A DNA stretch of 17,622 nucleotides from Spirochaetales bacterium (GTDB lineage Bacteria; Spirochaetota; Spirochaetia; DSM-27196; SLST01): contig DAOWMR010000015.1 of assembly GCA_030642995.1 (NCBI GenBank), positions 1 through 17,622 on the forward strand, in the 5' to 3' direction. The notes under the pieces were generated by a model. That model was given only the letters and a program-made list of their open reading frames with translations, made no database searches and had not been told where the DNA came from. The position numbers were made by a program, and so were the translations under genes. Positions 1-9,099 of the stretch are shown here, one piece after another. Within the stretch, counting starts at the first letter, position 1, and every line of letters starts with the position of its first letter.

Positions 1-629
1 CTCGGCCGGGAGCCTGAGTTTGTCTCGTCCCGGGGCGGCGGAGATAGCAACAATCTCAACCGGAAAGGTCTCCGAAACGTTGTATTCGGGCTTGGGATGC
101 ACAACATCCACAGCCCCGACGAGTACCTCATGGAAGAGCAAATCTTCGACGCTGTCGATCTGCTTCGAGAGATCGTCTTTCCCCCCAGCTGAACCCGCGG
201 ATACCCCAGCAGGTCTCCCACAGCCCCCCCCCCGACACCGATCGTCGTGAAGCTTTCGGACAGCTCCGTCCGTCTCTTCAACCCGTTCTGTTTTATGTTC
301 GGGTCCACGAAAGCCCCGGCCGGCGGAAAGTCATACCCGTCGAACGATGGAGACGGCAGGCCGGGTTCCTCAAGGTGAAATGGTCTTTGGTCGGTTCGCC
401 AAACGGAACCGAACGGGTCCCGTGCCCTCCCTTCGTCTATGGGTTCCTGTTTCCGCCTATCAATGCCGCAGCATTTCACGATGTAGGGAACGAGTCCTTC
501 CAGCCACGAATCACTGCCATAGTGCTCGGTGAGCCGCTCTACCACGCCGCCCTCAAATCCGAGCGTATACGGGACGGGATTCGTGGGATGGTGTTGGATT
601 TGCTCCAGGACAATCTTGCGCGGTGTCAT
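1..629 (-). CDS. Uroporphyrinogen decarboxylase (URO-D) family protein, N-terminal part. The frame is broken at two homopolymers and the 3' end lies beyond the window (possible pseudogene or sequence error).
   Basis: ATG at 629-627 lies 6 nt downstream of AAGGAG (revcomp of 636-641). Hand translation gives MTPRKIVLEQIQHHPTNPVPYTLGFEGG...DPFGSVWRTDQRPFHLEEPGLPSPSFDGYDFPP...SFTTIGVGGG. The URO-D-like string GLWETCWGIRGF follows in a different frame after the C10 run. This ORF is absent from the supplied track because it runs off the window edge. Confidence 0.55.
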   Translation of the reverse strand, partial: MTPRKIVLEQIQHHPTNPVPYTLGFEGGVVERLTEHYGSDSWLEGLVPYIVKCCGIDRRKQEPIDEGRARDPFGSVWRTDQRPFHLEEPGLPSPSFDGYDFPPAGAFVDPNIKQNGLKRRTELSESFTTIGVGGGAVGDLLGYPRVQLGGKTISRSRSTASKICSSMRYSSGLWMLCIPSPNTTFRRPFRLRLLLSPPPRDETNSGSRP

Positions 630-781
630 GGGTTTCTCCTTGTTGGACGTCCGGGATGACGATACAGAGAGCTTCTTCTTTGCGATTGTATTTCATACTA
701 TTCAATCAATGAATGCAAATTCTGGAGCTGTGGAGCTGAAAACTGACTGATATCAACGAGCGAGATCCAAAACCAGGGGTT

Positions 782-1702
782 GTGAAGAAATGGGTGGTTG
801 CCACCCGTCCATTTGCCCTGCCGGCTTCCACCATGCCGGTGATTTTCGGATTTGTACTGGCCGTTACCATCGGATCAGCAGCCCCCAACTGGGTTCTGTT
901 CTTGATCAGTTTGCCGGCTATGGCGATTCTGCATACCGGCGCCAATCTGCTGAATGATGCCTATGATTACCAAAAAGGAATCGATCGCCGTGTAAACCCC
1001 GTCAGCGGCGGCGTGGTCCGAAAGTGGATAACACCCCGCGAAGCCAAGGTAGCCGGATTCGCCTTTCTCCTGATCGGATTGTTGATGGGGTTGTACATAG
1101 TTTCGGTAGTAGGGATGGCAATCTTCTGGATTGGATTGATTGGTGTGTCTATTGGAATCCTGTATAGCTGGGGGCCGCTGCCGCTGAAATTCAATGCCCT
1201 TGGCGATCTGGCGGTATTCCTCAATTTCGGCGTTCTTGGAGCACTGGGGTCCTGGACGGTTCAGACCGGCTCAGTTTCCTGGGTACCTGCAATCTGGGCG
1301 ATGCCGATGTCGCTGCTGGTGGTGGCGATCCTGCATGCCAACAACTGGCGTGATATTGCGGATGACAGTGCATCCGGAATACGAACCATGGCCAATTTGC
1401 TGGGCGATCCGATTTCGGCACACTACTATTCGGTGCTGCTATTCGGCCCCTTCGCACTCATCATCCTACTGATCATCACCACACGGCTGGTCGATCTCGG
1501 ACCGGAGATGCCCTGGTCGTTTCTGGTAACGCTGCTTGCCGTCCCCGCTGCAATGAAACTCAACCGCAAGGGTCGCCGGAGACATACTTCCGAACAGCCG
1601 CTGGATTTCCTGGCCCTGGATGGAGCTACTGCACAATTCAATCTCCAGTTTGGATTGCTCGGCATTGCGGCCCTGATTATCGATGGTTATTTGCCGTTCT
1701 GA
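782..1702 (+). CDS. menA: 1,4-dihydroxy-2-naphthoate polyprenyltransferase-like protein (UbiA superfamily, MenA type)
   Basis: 306-aa polytopic protein with the UbiA Asp-rich motifs NDAYDYQKGID and NNWRDIADDSASGIRT, plus the MenA-like string YSWGPLPLKFNALGDLAVFLNFG. The start is GTG at 782; ATG at 790 is an alternative. Confidence 0.85.
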   Translation: MKKWVVATRPFALPASTMPVIFGFVLAVTIGSAAPNWVLFLISLPAMAILHTGANLLNDAYDYQKGIDRRVNPVSGGVVRKWITPREAKVAGFAFLLIGLLMGLYIVSVVGMAIFWIGLIGVSIGILYSWGPLPLKFNALGDLAVFLNFGVLGALGSWTVQTGSVSWVPAIWAMPMSLLVVAILHANNWRDIADDSASGIRTMANLLGDPISAHYYSVLLFGPFALIILLIITTRLVDLGPEMPWSFLVTLLAVPAAMKLNRKGRRRHTSEQPLDFLALDGATAQFNLQFGLLGIAALIIDGYLPF

Positions 1703-1730
1703 GTTTCGTAACTGCGGGTGGTTCGATACA

Positions 1731-3407
1731 ATGCGACCAATGAAACCCAAATTCGCGCGTGTCAGGAATCCCGCCCGAAGCTCGGTCTTCCCCGGAGGCA
1801 GTGAGATCCTCCGCAATCCTCAGCTCAACAAGGGCACTGCCTTCACTGATATGGAGAGAGACGCGCTCGGGATTCGAGGGCTCGTGCCGCCCAGAGTTCA
1901 CACTATCGAGGAGCAGTGCCGACGTTCTCTGGAGAACTTTGCCCGGAAGCCCGACGATCTGGAGCGCTACATCTACATGACGGCTCTCCAGGATCGGAAT
2001 GAAACCCTGTTCTACAAGCTGGTGGCGGATAATCTCGAAGAAATGCTGCCGATCATCTACACCCCAACGGTCGGACAGGCATGCATGGAGTACGGTCATA
2101 TACTCCGGCGCTCGCGGGGCCTTTTCATCTCTGCCCGGGATCGGGGCCGCATTGCCGAGGTGCTGGCAAACTGGCCGCACTCGAACATCCGGATTGTCGT
2201 AGTCACCGACGGAGAGCGGATTCTTGGTCTCGGAGACCTGGGTGCAAATGGTATGGGTATCCCTGTCGGCAAGGCCTCTCTCTACACGGCCTGCGGCGGA
2301 CTGGACCCCTCGGCTTGCCTTCCGGTTACGCTGGACGTTGGAACCGAGAACGAGATATTGCTCGAAGATGAGCTCTACCTCGGAATCCGCCGGCATCGCG
2401 TACGTGGAGATGCCTACCTGGAACTCTTTGAGGAATTCGTTGACGCGATACGAGAGATCTTCCCGCATGCAGTGCTCCAGTGCGAGGACTTCGCGACGGA
2501 AAACGCCTTTGGCCTTTTGGAACGTTACCGGGACCGCCTCTGCCTGTTCAACGACGACATCCAGGGGACGGCGGCTGTTGTTCTTGCCGGACTCTACTCG
2601 GCCGTGCGCATCACCGGGGGGGCTTTCAAAGACCAGCGCATTCTCTTTCTCGGAGCGGGGGAAGCCGGGATTGGTGCCGGAGAGCTCATCGCCTCAGCCC
2701 TGCTTGACGAGGAGCTGTCCGAAGACGCCGCCCGCGAGCGGTGTTGGTTTGTGGATTCCAAAGGGTTGATCGTCCGGTCGCGGTCCAACCTCCCGGAGCG
2801 CAAACGGCGGTTTGCTCACGACTACCGGGAAATCTCTGATTTCCCGACCGCGGTCGCAGCCCTTAAACCGACGGCGATCATCGGTGCATCCGGGCAGCCC
2901 GGGATGTTCTCTCAGTCGGTCCTGGAGACGATGGCGGAAATCAACGCGAGACCGATCATTTTCGCGTTGTCCAATCCTACCTCCAAGTCCGAATGCACGG
3001 CCGAGGAGGCCTATAGACACACCGGGGGTACGGCCGTATTCGCTTCCGGAAGTCCCTTTGAGCCGGTCCGTATCGGGGAGAACACGTACGTCACCGGACA
3101 GGGCAACAACGTGTATGTCTTTCCCGGAGTCGGTCTTGGAGCGGTCACCGCATCGGCGCGCCATATAACCGACAGCATGTTCCTGGCCGCCGCACGAGCC
3201 GTGGCTTCGCAGGTGTCGGATGCCGAGCTGGAGACCGGGCAGATATTCCCTTCACTGCCGCGGATCCACGAGGTGTCCCTCTCGGTCGCAGTGGCAACGG
3301 CTGAGATTGCGTACCGGGATGGGCTGACCGCAGAGGAGCGGCCGGACGATCTGGAGAGGCAGATTCGAGAGTCGATGTACCGCCCGGAATACCGGGCCTA
3401 CGCGTAA
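1731..3407 (+). CDS. maeA: NAD(P)-dependent malic enzyme (large, SfcA/MaeA type)
   Basis: It carries the hallmark N-terminal NKGTAFTDMERDALGIRGLVPP, then IYTPTVGQAC, VVTDGERILGLGDLG, FNDDIQGTAAV and the Rossmann motif GAGEAGIGAGELI. The track ORF begins at 1683 and overlaps menA. ATG 1731 (MRPMKPKF) is the more plausible start. Confidence 0.95.
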   Translation: MRPMKPKFARVRNPARSSVFPGGSEILRNPQLNKGTAFTDMERDALGIRGLVPPRVHTIEEQCRRSLENFARKPDDLERYIYMTALQDRNETLFYKLVADNLEEMLPIIYTPTVGQACMEYGHILRRSRGLFISARDRGRIAEVLANWPHSNIRIVVVTDGERILGLGDLGANGMGIPVGKASLYTACGGLDPSACLPVTLDVGTENEILLEDELYLGIRRHRVRGDAYLELFEEFVDAIREIFPHAVLQCEDFATENAFGLLERYRDRLCLFNDDIQGTAAVVLAGLYSAVRITGGAFKDQRILFLGAGEAGIGAGELIASALLDEELSEDAARERCWFVDSKGLIVRSRSNLPERKRRFAHDYREISDFPTAVAALKPTAIIGASGQPGMFSQSVLETMAEINARPIIFALSNPTSKSECTAEEAYRHTGGTAVFASGSPFEPVRIGENTYVTGQGNNVYVFPGVGLGAVTASARHITDSMFLAAARAVASQVSDAELETGQIFPSLPRIHEVSLSVAVATAEIAYRDGLTAEERPDDLERQIRESMYRPEYRAYA

Positions 3408-3442
3408 GCTCGCCGAGCCTCCGTGGCAGTGTAACTCTCACA

Positions 3443-4318
3443 TTAACCGCAGATACCCAGGAGAATTTCTCGGATCGGCCCGATATCATCATCATCCGAC
3501 GGGGAACCGAGTATGTGATCTTCGGAGAAGACTATCGAATCACGCAATTCGTCCTGAGCCTTCAGGGTCATCCTGTCATACATGAAGTGAACCTTGTTCG
3601 CCAGAGCCGTTTTGTCTCTGTTGCATTCTTCCCAGTTTGTCAGGATATTCGCATCGAAGTACGCCAGAGAATCAGCGTCGGTCACGACATCTGCCAGGTC
3701 GTTAAGGTTCAACGGCTGCTCAATTTCCGACTGCTTGAGCTGATTCATTCCGTCCTGCTTTTCTCCACCCAGTTCATGCCTGAGAATCAAATAGCGAAGG
3801 TCGTTCGCAAACCCGACGGGGAAATAGCAGCCGTTTCGGGATGCCTGATCAAGAAGTTCCTGCGCTCTTAACGACGAGTTGCGTGCATGTTCTTTCTTGT
3901 GCTCCCGGTAAGTTTCAGGATCGTGCCGTGCTTCCACTTCCCCCATTGTCATCTTGTGCGGGAAAGAGCGGTCTGAATCGTGGAGATGACCAGCGGTTCG
4001 GACGAGTTCAATCGCATACCCGCTAATCCTGAGTTTCATTCCGAGCCTCACGGCAGTTGCTGCGGTGATTTCGGCATGGAGGTAGTCTATGGTGCCGGTT
4101 GTGGGATTGGATATCCTGCTCTGAAGGTATTCGGCGGAAAGGAACTGCGCCCTGTGCAGGCGGATGATTTCGCGGACAGTGTCAGGGTGTATTGCGTCAA
4201 CTCTCACTTCTGGAATTGTGAACCCGATCAATTCCTCATATTTGCCGGCGAGGAAACTGAAGGTTGCGTCCGAAAGATGAAAGGCCTTGTTCTGAAGCGC
4301 TTTGAGTATTTCGTCCAA
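3443..4318 (-). CDS. HD-domain protein (putative metal-dependent phosphohydrolase), specific function unknown
   Basis: 291-aa soluble protein with the H...HD...D pattern: YLHAEITAATAVRLG, AGHLHDSDR, LILRHELGG and TDADSLAYFD. I recognised no closer family. Confidence 0.6.
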   Translation of the reverse strand: MDEILKALQNKAFHLSDATFSFLAGKYEELIGFTIPEVRVDAIHPDTVREIIRLHRAQFLSAEYLQSRISNPTTGTIDYLHAEITAATAVRLGMKLRISGYAIELVRTAGHLHDSDRSFPHKMTMGEVEARHDPETYREHKKEHARNSSLRAQELLDQASRNGCYFPVGFANDLRYLILRHELGGEKQDGMNQLKQSEIEQPLNLNDLADVVTDADSLAYFDANILTNWEECNRDKTALANKVHFMYDRMTLKAQDELRDSIVFSEDHILGSPSDDDDIGPIREILLGICG

Positions 4319-4370
4319 GCTATCTCCCGGTATGTATTCGCGAGACTACTCTCCCTGCATGTCTGCGACT

Positions 4371-4580
4371 CTACCTCACCAGCAGCCAGATCCCGACGCC
4401 GATCGCCGCGGCGCCGAAGATGTAGAAGAATATCGCAGTCCCTGTTTCACCGAGCACCTTGATGAATGCCTGAATCTTGCCCATGTTCCATATGCTCTGT
4501 GGCTTCTTGGTGAAGGTCAGAAAGAAAACGAACACGCCGTATAGAACCAGAAATATCCCCAGCAATGCCAAACCGTTCAT
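4371..4580 (-). CDS. Small membrane protein (69 aa, two predicted TM helices)
   Basis: A GAGGAG-type RBS (revcomp of about 4589-4594) precedes the ATG at 4580. Two clear hydrophobic helices are present (LALLGIFLVLYGVFVFFLTF and AIFFYIFGAAAIGVGIWLLV). The gene starts 24 nt downstream of the second ABC-2 permease on the same strand. Confidence 0.65.
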   Translation of the reverse strand: MNGLALLGIFLVLYGVFVFFLTFTKKPQSIWNMGKIQAFIKVLGETGTAIFFYIFGAAAIGVGIWLLVR

Positions 4581-4604
4581 ATGTCCACTCCTCTTCTCTG
4601 TTGA

Positions 4605-5609
4605 TTATTGTAGACCGTTCCTGATTCTCTTGTTCAGGAACAGAAAAACCAGCGCGGTAATTGCCAGAACGAAACCGCTGTTCCTGAGGATCAATCCCCA
4701 GGTCGCCTCGTTGAGAATGATAGCATCCAGTGCTTTGTAGGCCCAGTAGAAGGGCGACCAGTAGAGCGCGATTTGCCAGCTGTCCGAGAGGAAGATGGCG
4801 CCGAACACCGAGCCGAAAACGGGGATAAACACGATCTTCATACTTGCCACGGCCTCAATGGGTTCGGTGTTAACCACGCCGATGCTGAATCCGATGATGA
4901 TTCCGATAAATGCAACGCTGATGAAGGATAGGGCAACCATGCCGTAGTTGATGTGTTCGAATCCCAGTATCCAGACAATGCCGAAGGCTCCGACAATCGG
5001 CACCAAAAAGGCAATTACGCTCTTTCCTATGATGAACTCTGTCTTCGAGATGGGAGCGACATTGATTGCCGATAGCGTGTTGCTCATCTTCTCTTCAACA
5101 AGGTTCAGGGTGATCAGCATCCCGCCGAAAACCGCACAGAAGATGATGAGGAAATTTGCTCCGTGCTGTTTGAGCGGCGAGAGTTTCCAGCCGATGTCCG
5201 ATATCCGCACCTCAACGGGGAGAACGACACCCTCATTTTCCAGGGCGTTCACCACCGACTGCAGCATTTGGAGGCCACCAGTTGTCTCATTACCCTGCTG
5301 GATGATGGTGTAACCGTCCTGTGTATTGACCAGTCCGAAGAAATCGTCGGTCTTCCGCACGCGGGCGTTGATACGTTCGATGTCCTCCAGCACCTCTACC
5401 TTGCCGTACCCCTCCAGGTACTCAATCACGATGAGATCAACCGAAGGATCAACCGCAATATTGATCGTCGTCGAACCGGCTCCCGGGATAATGACCTTGA
5501 GGAGGAGGAGGGCAAGCAGGAACGGTGCAATGCTGATATACAGGATGAGAAAATCTCGGGTACCGCTCTTCAGGTCTCTGCGGGTTACCGCCAAGATTCT
5601 TTTCAACAT
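4605..5609 (-). CDS. ABC-2 type transporter permease (second permease)
   Basis: The architecture is TM1, then a roughly 150-aa extracytoplasmic domain, then 5 C-terminal TM helices, which is typical of ABC-2 permeases. ATG 5609 ([16 protein letters not shown]) has GAGGAG 9 nt upstream. The track start at 5654 would overlap the upstream permease. Confidence 0.8.
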   Translation of the reverse strand: MLKRILAVTRRDLKSGTRDFLILYISIAPFLLALLLLKVIIPGAGSTTINIAVDPSVDLIVIEYLEGYGKVEVLEDIERINARVRKTDDFFGLVNTQDGYTIIQQGNETTGGLQMLQSVVNALENEGVVLPVEVRISDIGWKLSPLKQHGANFLIIFCAVFGGMLITLNLVEEKMSNTLSAINVAPISKTEFIIGKSVIAFLVPIVGAFGIVWILGFEHINYGMVALSFISVAFIGIIIGFSIGVVNTEPIEAVASMKIVFIPVFGSVFGAIFLSDSWQIALYWSPFYWAYKALDAIILNEATWGLILRNSGFVLAITALVFLFLNKRIRNGLQ

Positions 5610-5623
5610 ATGGTTACTCTCCT

Positions 5624-6658
5624 CTATACCGTCAGAGTTTTCTTGAAGCGCCAATTTGACAGCAGAAAGAAAACAACTCCGGCCAGCGTGAAGCCGAGGA
5701 CGTTCGCGTAGATGTACCCTAGGTTGCCGGCCTCATACAGGGTCTCCCTGAATGCAAAGAGCATGGGATAGGAAGGCAGGATCCTGATGATCAGCGGAGA
5801 GAATGCGGGGTTGTAGTAGGACACCGCGGCGAAGGCGAGGACGATGATGCTCATGTACAGCCATCCCATCGCTTTTGTCATGGTGTTGAAGAAACTGGCG
5901 ATGAACAGCCCGAGCGCCGATCCAAAGACGTTCGTAGCGATCAACAGCAGAATGAGGTGCAGGTAGTGGGCCTTGAGTCCTGCGATAAACGCCGCTGCGA
6001 TCAACCCCGACAACAGCCCCGTTACCAGTATGACCCCCACCTTGCCCAGCAGGTAGTGCCAGACTTTGGCAGGAGTGACCGCGAATGCTCGTATCGTGCC
6101 TTCTTCCTTGTCCAGAAAGATGTATGAAGCGATGATAAACAGCCCCATGAACGCAGCGTTCAGCGCCAGGAAAACCGGAAGCATGTTCAGGCGGTCGGAC
6201 AGTTTTTCGACGTTGCCTTCGAGAGTCGTGACGGTTGTCACGTTCTCGTATCCCGGCATTTCTGCCGCGAACCCGGACTCAATCGAGGTTTTGATGATGT
6301 TCCGGAATTTCTCGTCCTCGTACCCCTGCAGGATGTAGTCATAGACGATTCTGCCGTCTTCCAGACCAACGGCCAGACCAACACTGCCGCGGTCATTCGC
6401 GAGTTCGGTTTCCACTTCCTCTCTGGAGGGCAGAAGAATGATGTCGTATCCCTCCTGGGTGAGAGATTCTTCGGCGGCGGCCTGATAGGGTCCTTCCAGA
6501 TCAAGATGCGCGTACACGGTCACCTTTGGCTCGAAATACTCAGGAACGGCAAGAAGCATGACCGCGACGAAAACAAGCGCAAAACCGATCTCGATGTAGA
6601 TATAGAATCCCTTCAGCGATAACTGCATGTCCTTAAGAAAACTGTAGAGCAGTTTCAT
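5624..6658 (-). CDS. ABC-2 type transporter permease (first permease)
   Basis: 344 aa with the same TM1, large loop, 5 TM layout as its neighbour. It starts 1 nt after the ATPase stop codon. Confidence 0.8.
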   Translation of the reverse strand: MKLLYSFLKDMQLSLKGFYIYIEIGFALVFVAVMLLAVPEYFEPKVTVYAHLDLEGPYQAAAEESLTQEGYDIILLPSREEVETELANDRGSVGLAVGLEDGRIVYDYILQGYEDEKFRNIIKTSIESGFAAEMPGYENVTTVTTLEGNVEKLSDRLNMLPVFLALNAAFMGLFIIASYIFLDKEEGTIRAFAVTPAKVWHYLLGKVGVILVTGLLSGLIAAAFIAGLKAHYLHLILLLIATNVFGSALGLFIASFFNTMTKAMGWLYMSIIVLAFAAVSYYNPAFSPLIIRILPSYPMLFAFRETLYEAGNLGYIYANVLGFTLAGVVFFLLSNWRFKKTLTV

Positions 6659-6659
6659 C

Positions 6660-7514
6660 TTACTGAAGCCCCTTGCCGGTCACCTTGATGAAGATCTCTT
6701 CCAGGGTCGCTTCTTTGGTGTGCATCATCTCCACCTTGCCGGAGTTGACGATGTCATTCAGGTGGTGCATGTCCTTTTCGTCGATGAATGACAGGCGCTC
6801 TTTCTTCACGTCGCCGTTGTCCCGGTATTCCACTTCCACGAGTTGTTCCCCGTGCTGGAGCTTGAGGTTTCTCGGGGAATCGATGAGCTTGATCTCGCCG
6901 TCGATGATGAATGCGACGCGGTCGCAGAGTTCATCGGCGACAAACATGTTGTGGGTAGTGAGGAACACCGTCGTTCCCTTTTCCTTCTCACCCTTCACGA
7001 TCTCCTTGATGACGCTTGCAATTGCCGGGTCCAGGCCGGTGGTCGGCTCGTCAAGGAACCACATTTCGGGACTGTTGAGCATGCTTCGTGCAAAAGTAAG
7101 CCGGTGCTTCATGCCCTTGGAGTATTCTCCTGCCCGCTGTGTTGCGACGTGGTCCAGACCAACAAGCTCGAGCAACTCCTTCGGGTCTCGGGTGGGCACG
7201 TCAAAGAGCCTCCGGTAGAACTCGAGGTTCTCCAGCCCCGTGAGCTTGCCGTACACGTTGGACTGTTCGAAGGAGACACCGATCTTGTTGAACATGGCCC
7301 GGGGTGCCTTCTTCACATCGTAGCCTGCGACGGTGACGTTTCCCTTCTGCAGTGGAAGAAGGCCGGTCATGACACCCTGGGTTGTGGATTTGCCGGCGCC
7401 CGAAGGCCCGAGGAATCCGAAAACCTCACCCTTGGCAATTTCGAAACTTGCGTCCCGTACTGCGTATTTCTCATTATGAGAATAGGAATGATACAGCCCT
7501 TCAACCCTGATCAT
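6660..7514 (-). CDS. ABC transporter ATP-binding protein
   Basis: Walker A GPSGAGKST, signature-like YSKGMKHRL, Walker B WFLDEPTTGLD and an H-loop in TTHNM. ATG 7514 (MIRVEGLYHSY) has AAGGAG 10 nt upstream. The track start at 7535 is a GTG lying further inside the SPFH gene. Confidence 0.92.
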   Translation of the reverse strand: MIRVEGLYHSYSHNEKYAVRDASFEIAKGEVFGFLGPSGAGKSTTQGVMTGLLPLQKGNVTVAGYDVKKAPRAMFNKIGVSFEQSNVYGKLTGLENLEFYRRLFDVPTRDPKELLELVGLDHVATQRAGEYSKGMKHRLTFARSMLNSPEMWFLDEPTTGLDPAIASVIKEIVKGEKEKGTTVFLTTHNMFVADELCDRVAFIIDGEIKLIDSPRNLKLQHGEQLVEVEYRDNGDVKKERLSFIDEKDMHHLNDIVNSGKVEMMHTKEATLEEIFIKVTGKGLQ

Positions 7515-8655
7515 CGTTCTGCGACTCCTTTTCACTTGATTCTTCGTCTGCCGGATTCCCGGCCCCCGGCTCTTGTAGCACCTGCTTTCCGTATGCGCTC
7601 GCTCCGAGCACCGTTCCGATGTTCATCGATTCCAGAGCGGAAGCGGGCACCAGCACCAACCCGCCCTTGTCCCGCATGCTTTCGTATATCATGTTCATGG
7701 CCCGCAGTTGCAGCGCCACCGGATCATCCCGATATTGCTCCGCAGCCTTCTTGAACGCTCCGGCAATCTCCACCTCGGCCGAACCGAGAATGATGCGAGA
7801 GCCCCGCTCCCGTTCGGCCTGTGCCTGACGGCTGAGAGCGTCCTCGAGCTCCGAGGGAATCAGGATCTCCTTGAACTCGACGGAGATGATGGTGATTCCC
7901 CATGGGTTGGTCTTGGCATCGACGATCTGCTGGATCTCGCCGCCGAGCCTTTCTCGTTCGCTGAGCAGCGTGGTCAGATCATTTGAACCAATGCTTGCCC
8001 TGAGGGCAGTTTGTGCGCTGAGCGACACCGCCTCCTCGAAGTTCTCCACTTCGAGCACGGCTTTTTGCGCGTCCCAGACCATCCAGAAAGCCAGCGCGTC
8101 TACATTCACCGGGACGGTGTCCCGCGTGAGGCTCTTCTCCGCCGAAAAGTCTGTCACCCGGATTCTCGTATCCACATAGCTGGCGGCCGAATCGATGAGC
8201 GGAAACAGGAGCAGCGCGCCGGGGCCCCGCACCTTGTGGAACTTGCCCAGCCGCAACACGATGATTTTGTCCCACTGGCTGATTACCTCCACGCCCGGCG
8301 CGATGAGAAAGCCGATTGTCAGCACGGCTGCCGCATACTGCAGATCGGTGCCGAACACTACGGGCAGCACCGCCCAGATACCGGCGATGATGGCGATAAC
8401 CATCGGCCAGTACGGCAGGATAAACAATACGGCGGCGGCTGCGATGACTCCGGCGGCCAGGTACGACGTCGTCTCGGGGTCCGGGAGCGAGGTTATCAGT
8501 GCCTGAACTCCAAGACCGAGGGCGATGAAAACCAGGATGACCAACGCCGATATGGTGTTGAATCTGAAATGCCCCCGTTGGCGTCCGTTTGGATGAGTTT
8601 TCCTCTGTGCCGTAAACAGGTTCGAGTGAGACCCAATTGCCTTTGTCATGTTCAT
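7501..8655 (-). CDS. SPFH/band-7 (stomatin/slipin-like) protein with a polytopic N-terminal membrane region
   Basis: SPFH core: IIVLRLGKFHKVRGPGALLLFPLID...VDTRIRV...TRDTVPVNVDALAFW...NPWGITIISVEFKEILIP...AQAERERGSRIILGSAEVEIA. About four hydrophobic helices precede the core. Its start overlaps the GntR stop codon (ATGA at 8652-8655). Confidence 0.9.
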   Translation of the reverse strand: MNMTKAIGSHSNLFTAQRKTHPNGRQRGHFRFNTISALVILVFIALGLGVQALITSLPDPETTSYLAAGVIAAAAVLFILPYWPMVIAIIAGIWAVLPVVFGTDLQYAAAVLTIGFLIAPGVEVISQWDKIIVLRLGKFHKVRGPGALLLFPLIDSAASYVDTRIRVTDFSAEKSLTRDTVPVNVDALAFWMVWDAQKAVLEVENFEEAVSLSAQTALRASIGSNDLTTLLSERERLGGEIQQIVDAKTNPWGITIISVEFKEILIPSELEDALSRQAQAERERGSRIILGSAEVEIAGAFKKAAEQYRDDPVALQLRAMNMIYESMRDKGGLVLVPASALESMNIGTVLGASAYGKQVLQEPGAGNPADEESSEKESQNDDQG

Positions 8656-9059
8656 GTGGTTGCATCCTCCTTGAGGATCGAGAGATACTCAGCCGCTTCA
8701 ACAACGCTGAATCCATACGAAGAAGCCGTGGCCAGGAAAGTGCGAACCAACCCCGCCAGAATCTGTTTACGTTCCTGGGCCGTAAGCTCGATTTTCTTCT
8801 CGCTGATGAAAGTGCCCGTACCCTGCTGCGTATTGACGATCCCGCGGATTTCCAGCTCGCTGTACGCCCGTGCGACGGTATTCGGGTTGATCTTCAGGTC
8901 CACCGCCAGGGCTCGCACCGTCGGCAATTGGTTTCCCGTCCGCAATCTGCCGTCGGCGATGGCCAATTGTGTCTGCATAATGATTTGCCGGTAGAAAGGA
9001 ACTCCGCTCGTCGGATCGAGGAGAAAATGAATACCGCCGGGTTGCCGTTCAGTTGTCAT
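8652..9059 (-). CDS. GntR-family transcriptional regulator, short YtrA-like subfamily
   Basis: 135 aa with a winged-HTH: PFYRQIIMQTQLAIADGRLRTGNQLPTVRALAVDLKINPNTVARAYSELEIRGIVNTQQGTGTFIS. A short C-terminal tail follows. It is the first gene of an ABC transporter operon, as in ytrA-type loci. Confidence 0.9.
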   Translation of the reverse strand: MTTERQPGGIHFLLDPTSGVPFYRQIIMQTQLAIADGRLRTGNQLPTVRALAVDLKINPNTVARAYSELEIRGIVNTQQGTGTFISEKKIELTAQERKQILAGLVRTFLATASSYGFSVVEAAEYLSILKEDATT

Positions 9060-9073
9060 AGACCGAACCCCTG

Positions 9074-9095
9074 TTGTACTGAATCGTTAGTACAA
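9074..9095. promoter_or_regulatory. Perfect inverted repeat TTGTACT-N8-AGTACAA, putative GntR/YtrA operator
   Basis: TTGTACT (9074-9080) and AGTACAA (9089-9095) are exact reverse complements. The repeat lies 15-36 nt upstream of the GntR start codon and just downstream of the candidate -10 element, which is a repressor-roadblock position. Confidence 0.6.
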
Positions 9096-9099
9096 TAGA

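Noticed and set aside
20-250. A 76-aa plus-strand ORF at the window start.
   Set aside because: It is antisense to the URO-D-family gene. It is a low-complexity sequence rich in Ser, Thr and Pro.
1677-2468. A 263-aa minus-strand ORF.
   Set aside because: It is antisense to the unambiguous malic enzyme gene.
3408-3442. A possible bidirectional terminator between the malic enzyme and HD genes.
   Set aside because: The only symmetry is GCTCG-C-CGAGC, whose 1-nt loop cannot form a hairpin, and no U-tract is present.
6660-7514. The degenerate ABC signature YSKGMKHRL in place of LSGGQ, considered as a sign of an inactive ATPase.
   Set aside because: To my knowledge, SKGM-type signatures are usual in the ATPases that pair with ABC-2 permeases. 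Walker A, Walker B and the H-loop are all intact.
6843-7754. A 303-aa plus-strand ORF.
   Set aside because: It is antisense to the ABC ATPase, which has intact Walker A/B motifs, and to the end of the SPFH gene. It has no motifs or RBS.
8011-8994. A 327-aa plus-strand ORF.
   Set aside because: It lies entirely antisense to the well-supported SPFH and GntR genes. Its composition is rich in Arg, His and Gly, it has no RBS and I recognised no motifs. It is a shadow ORF of the kind expected in GC-rich coding DNA.
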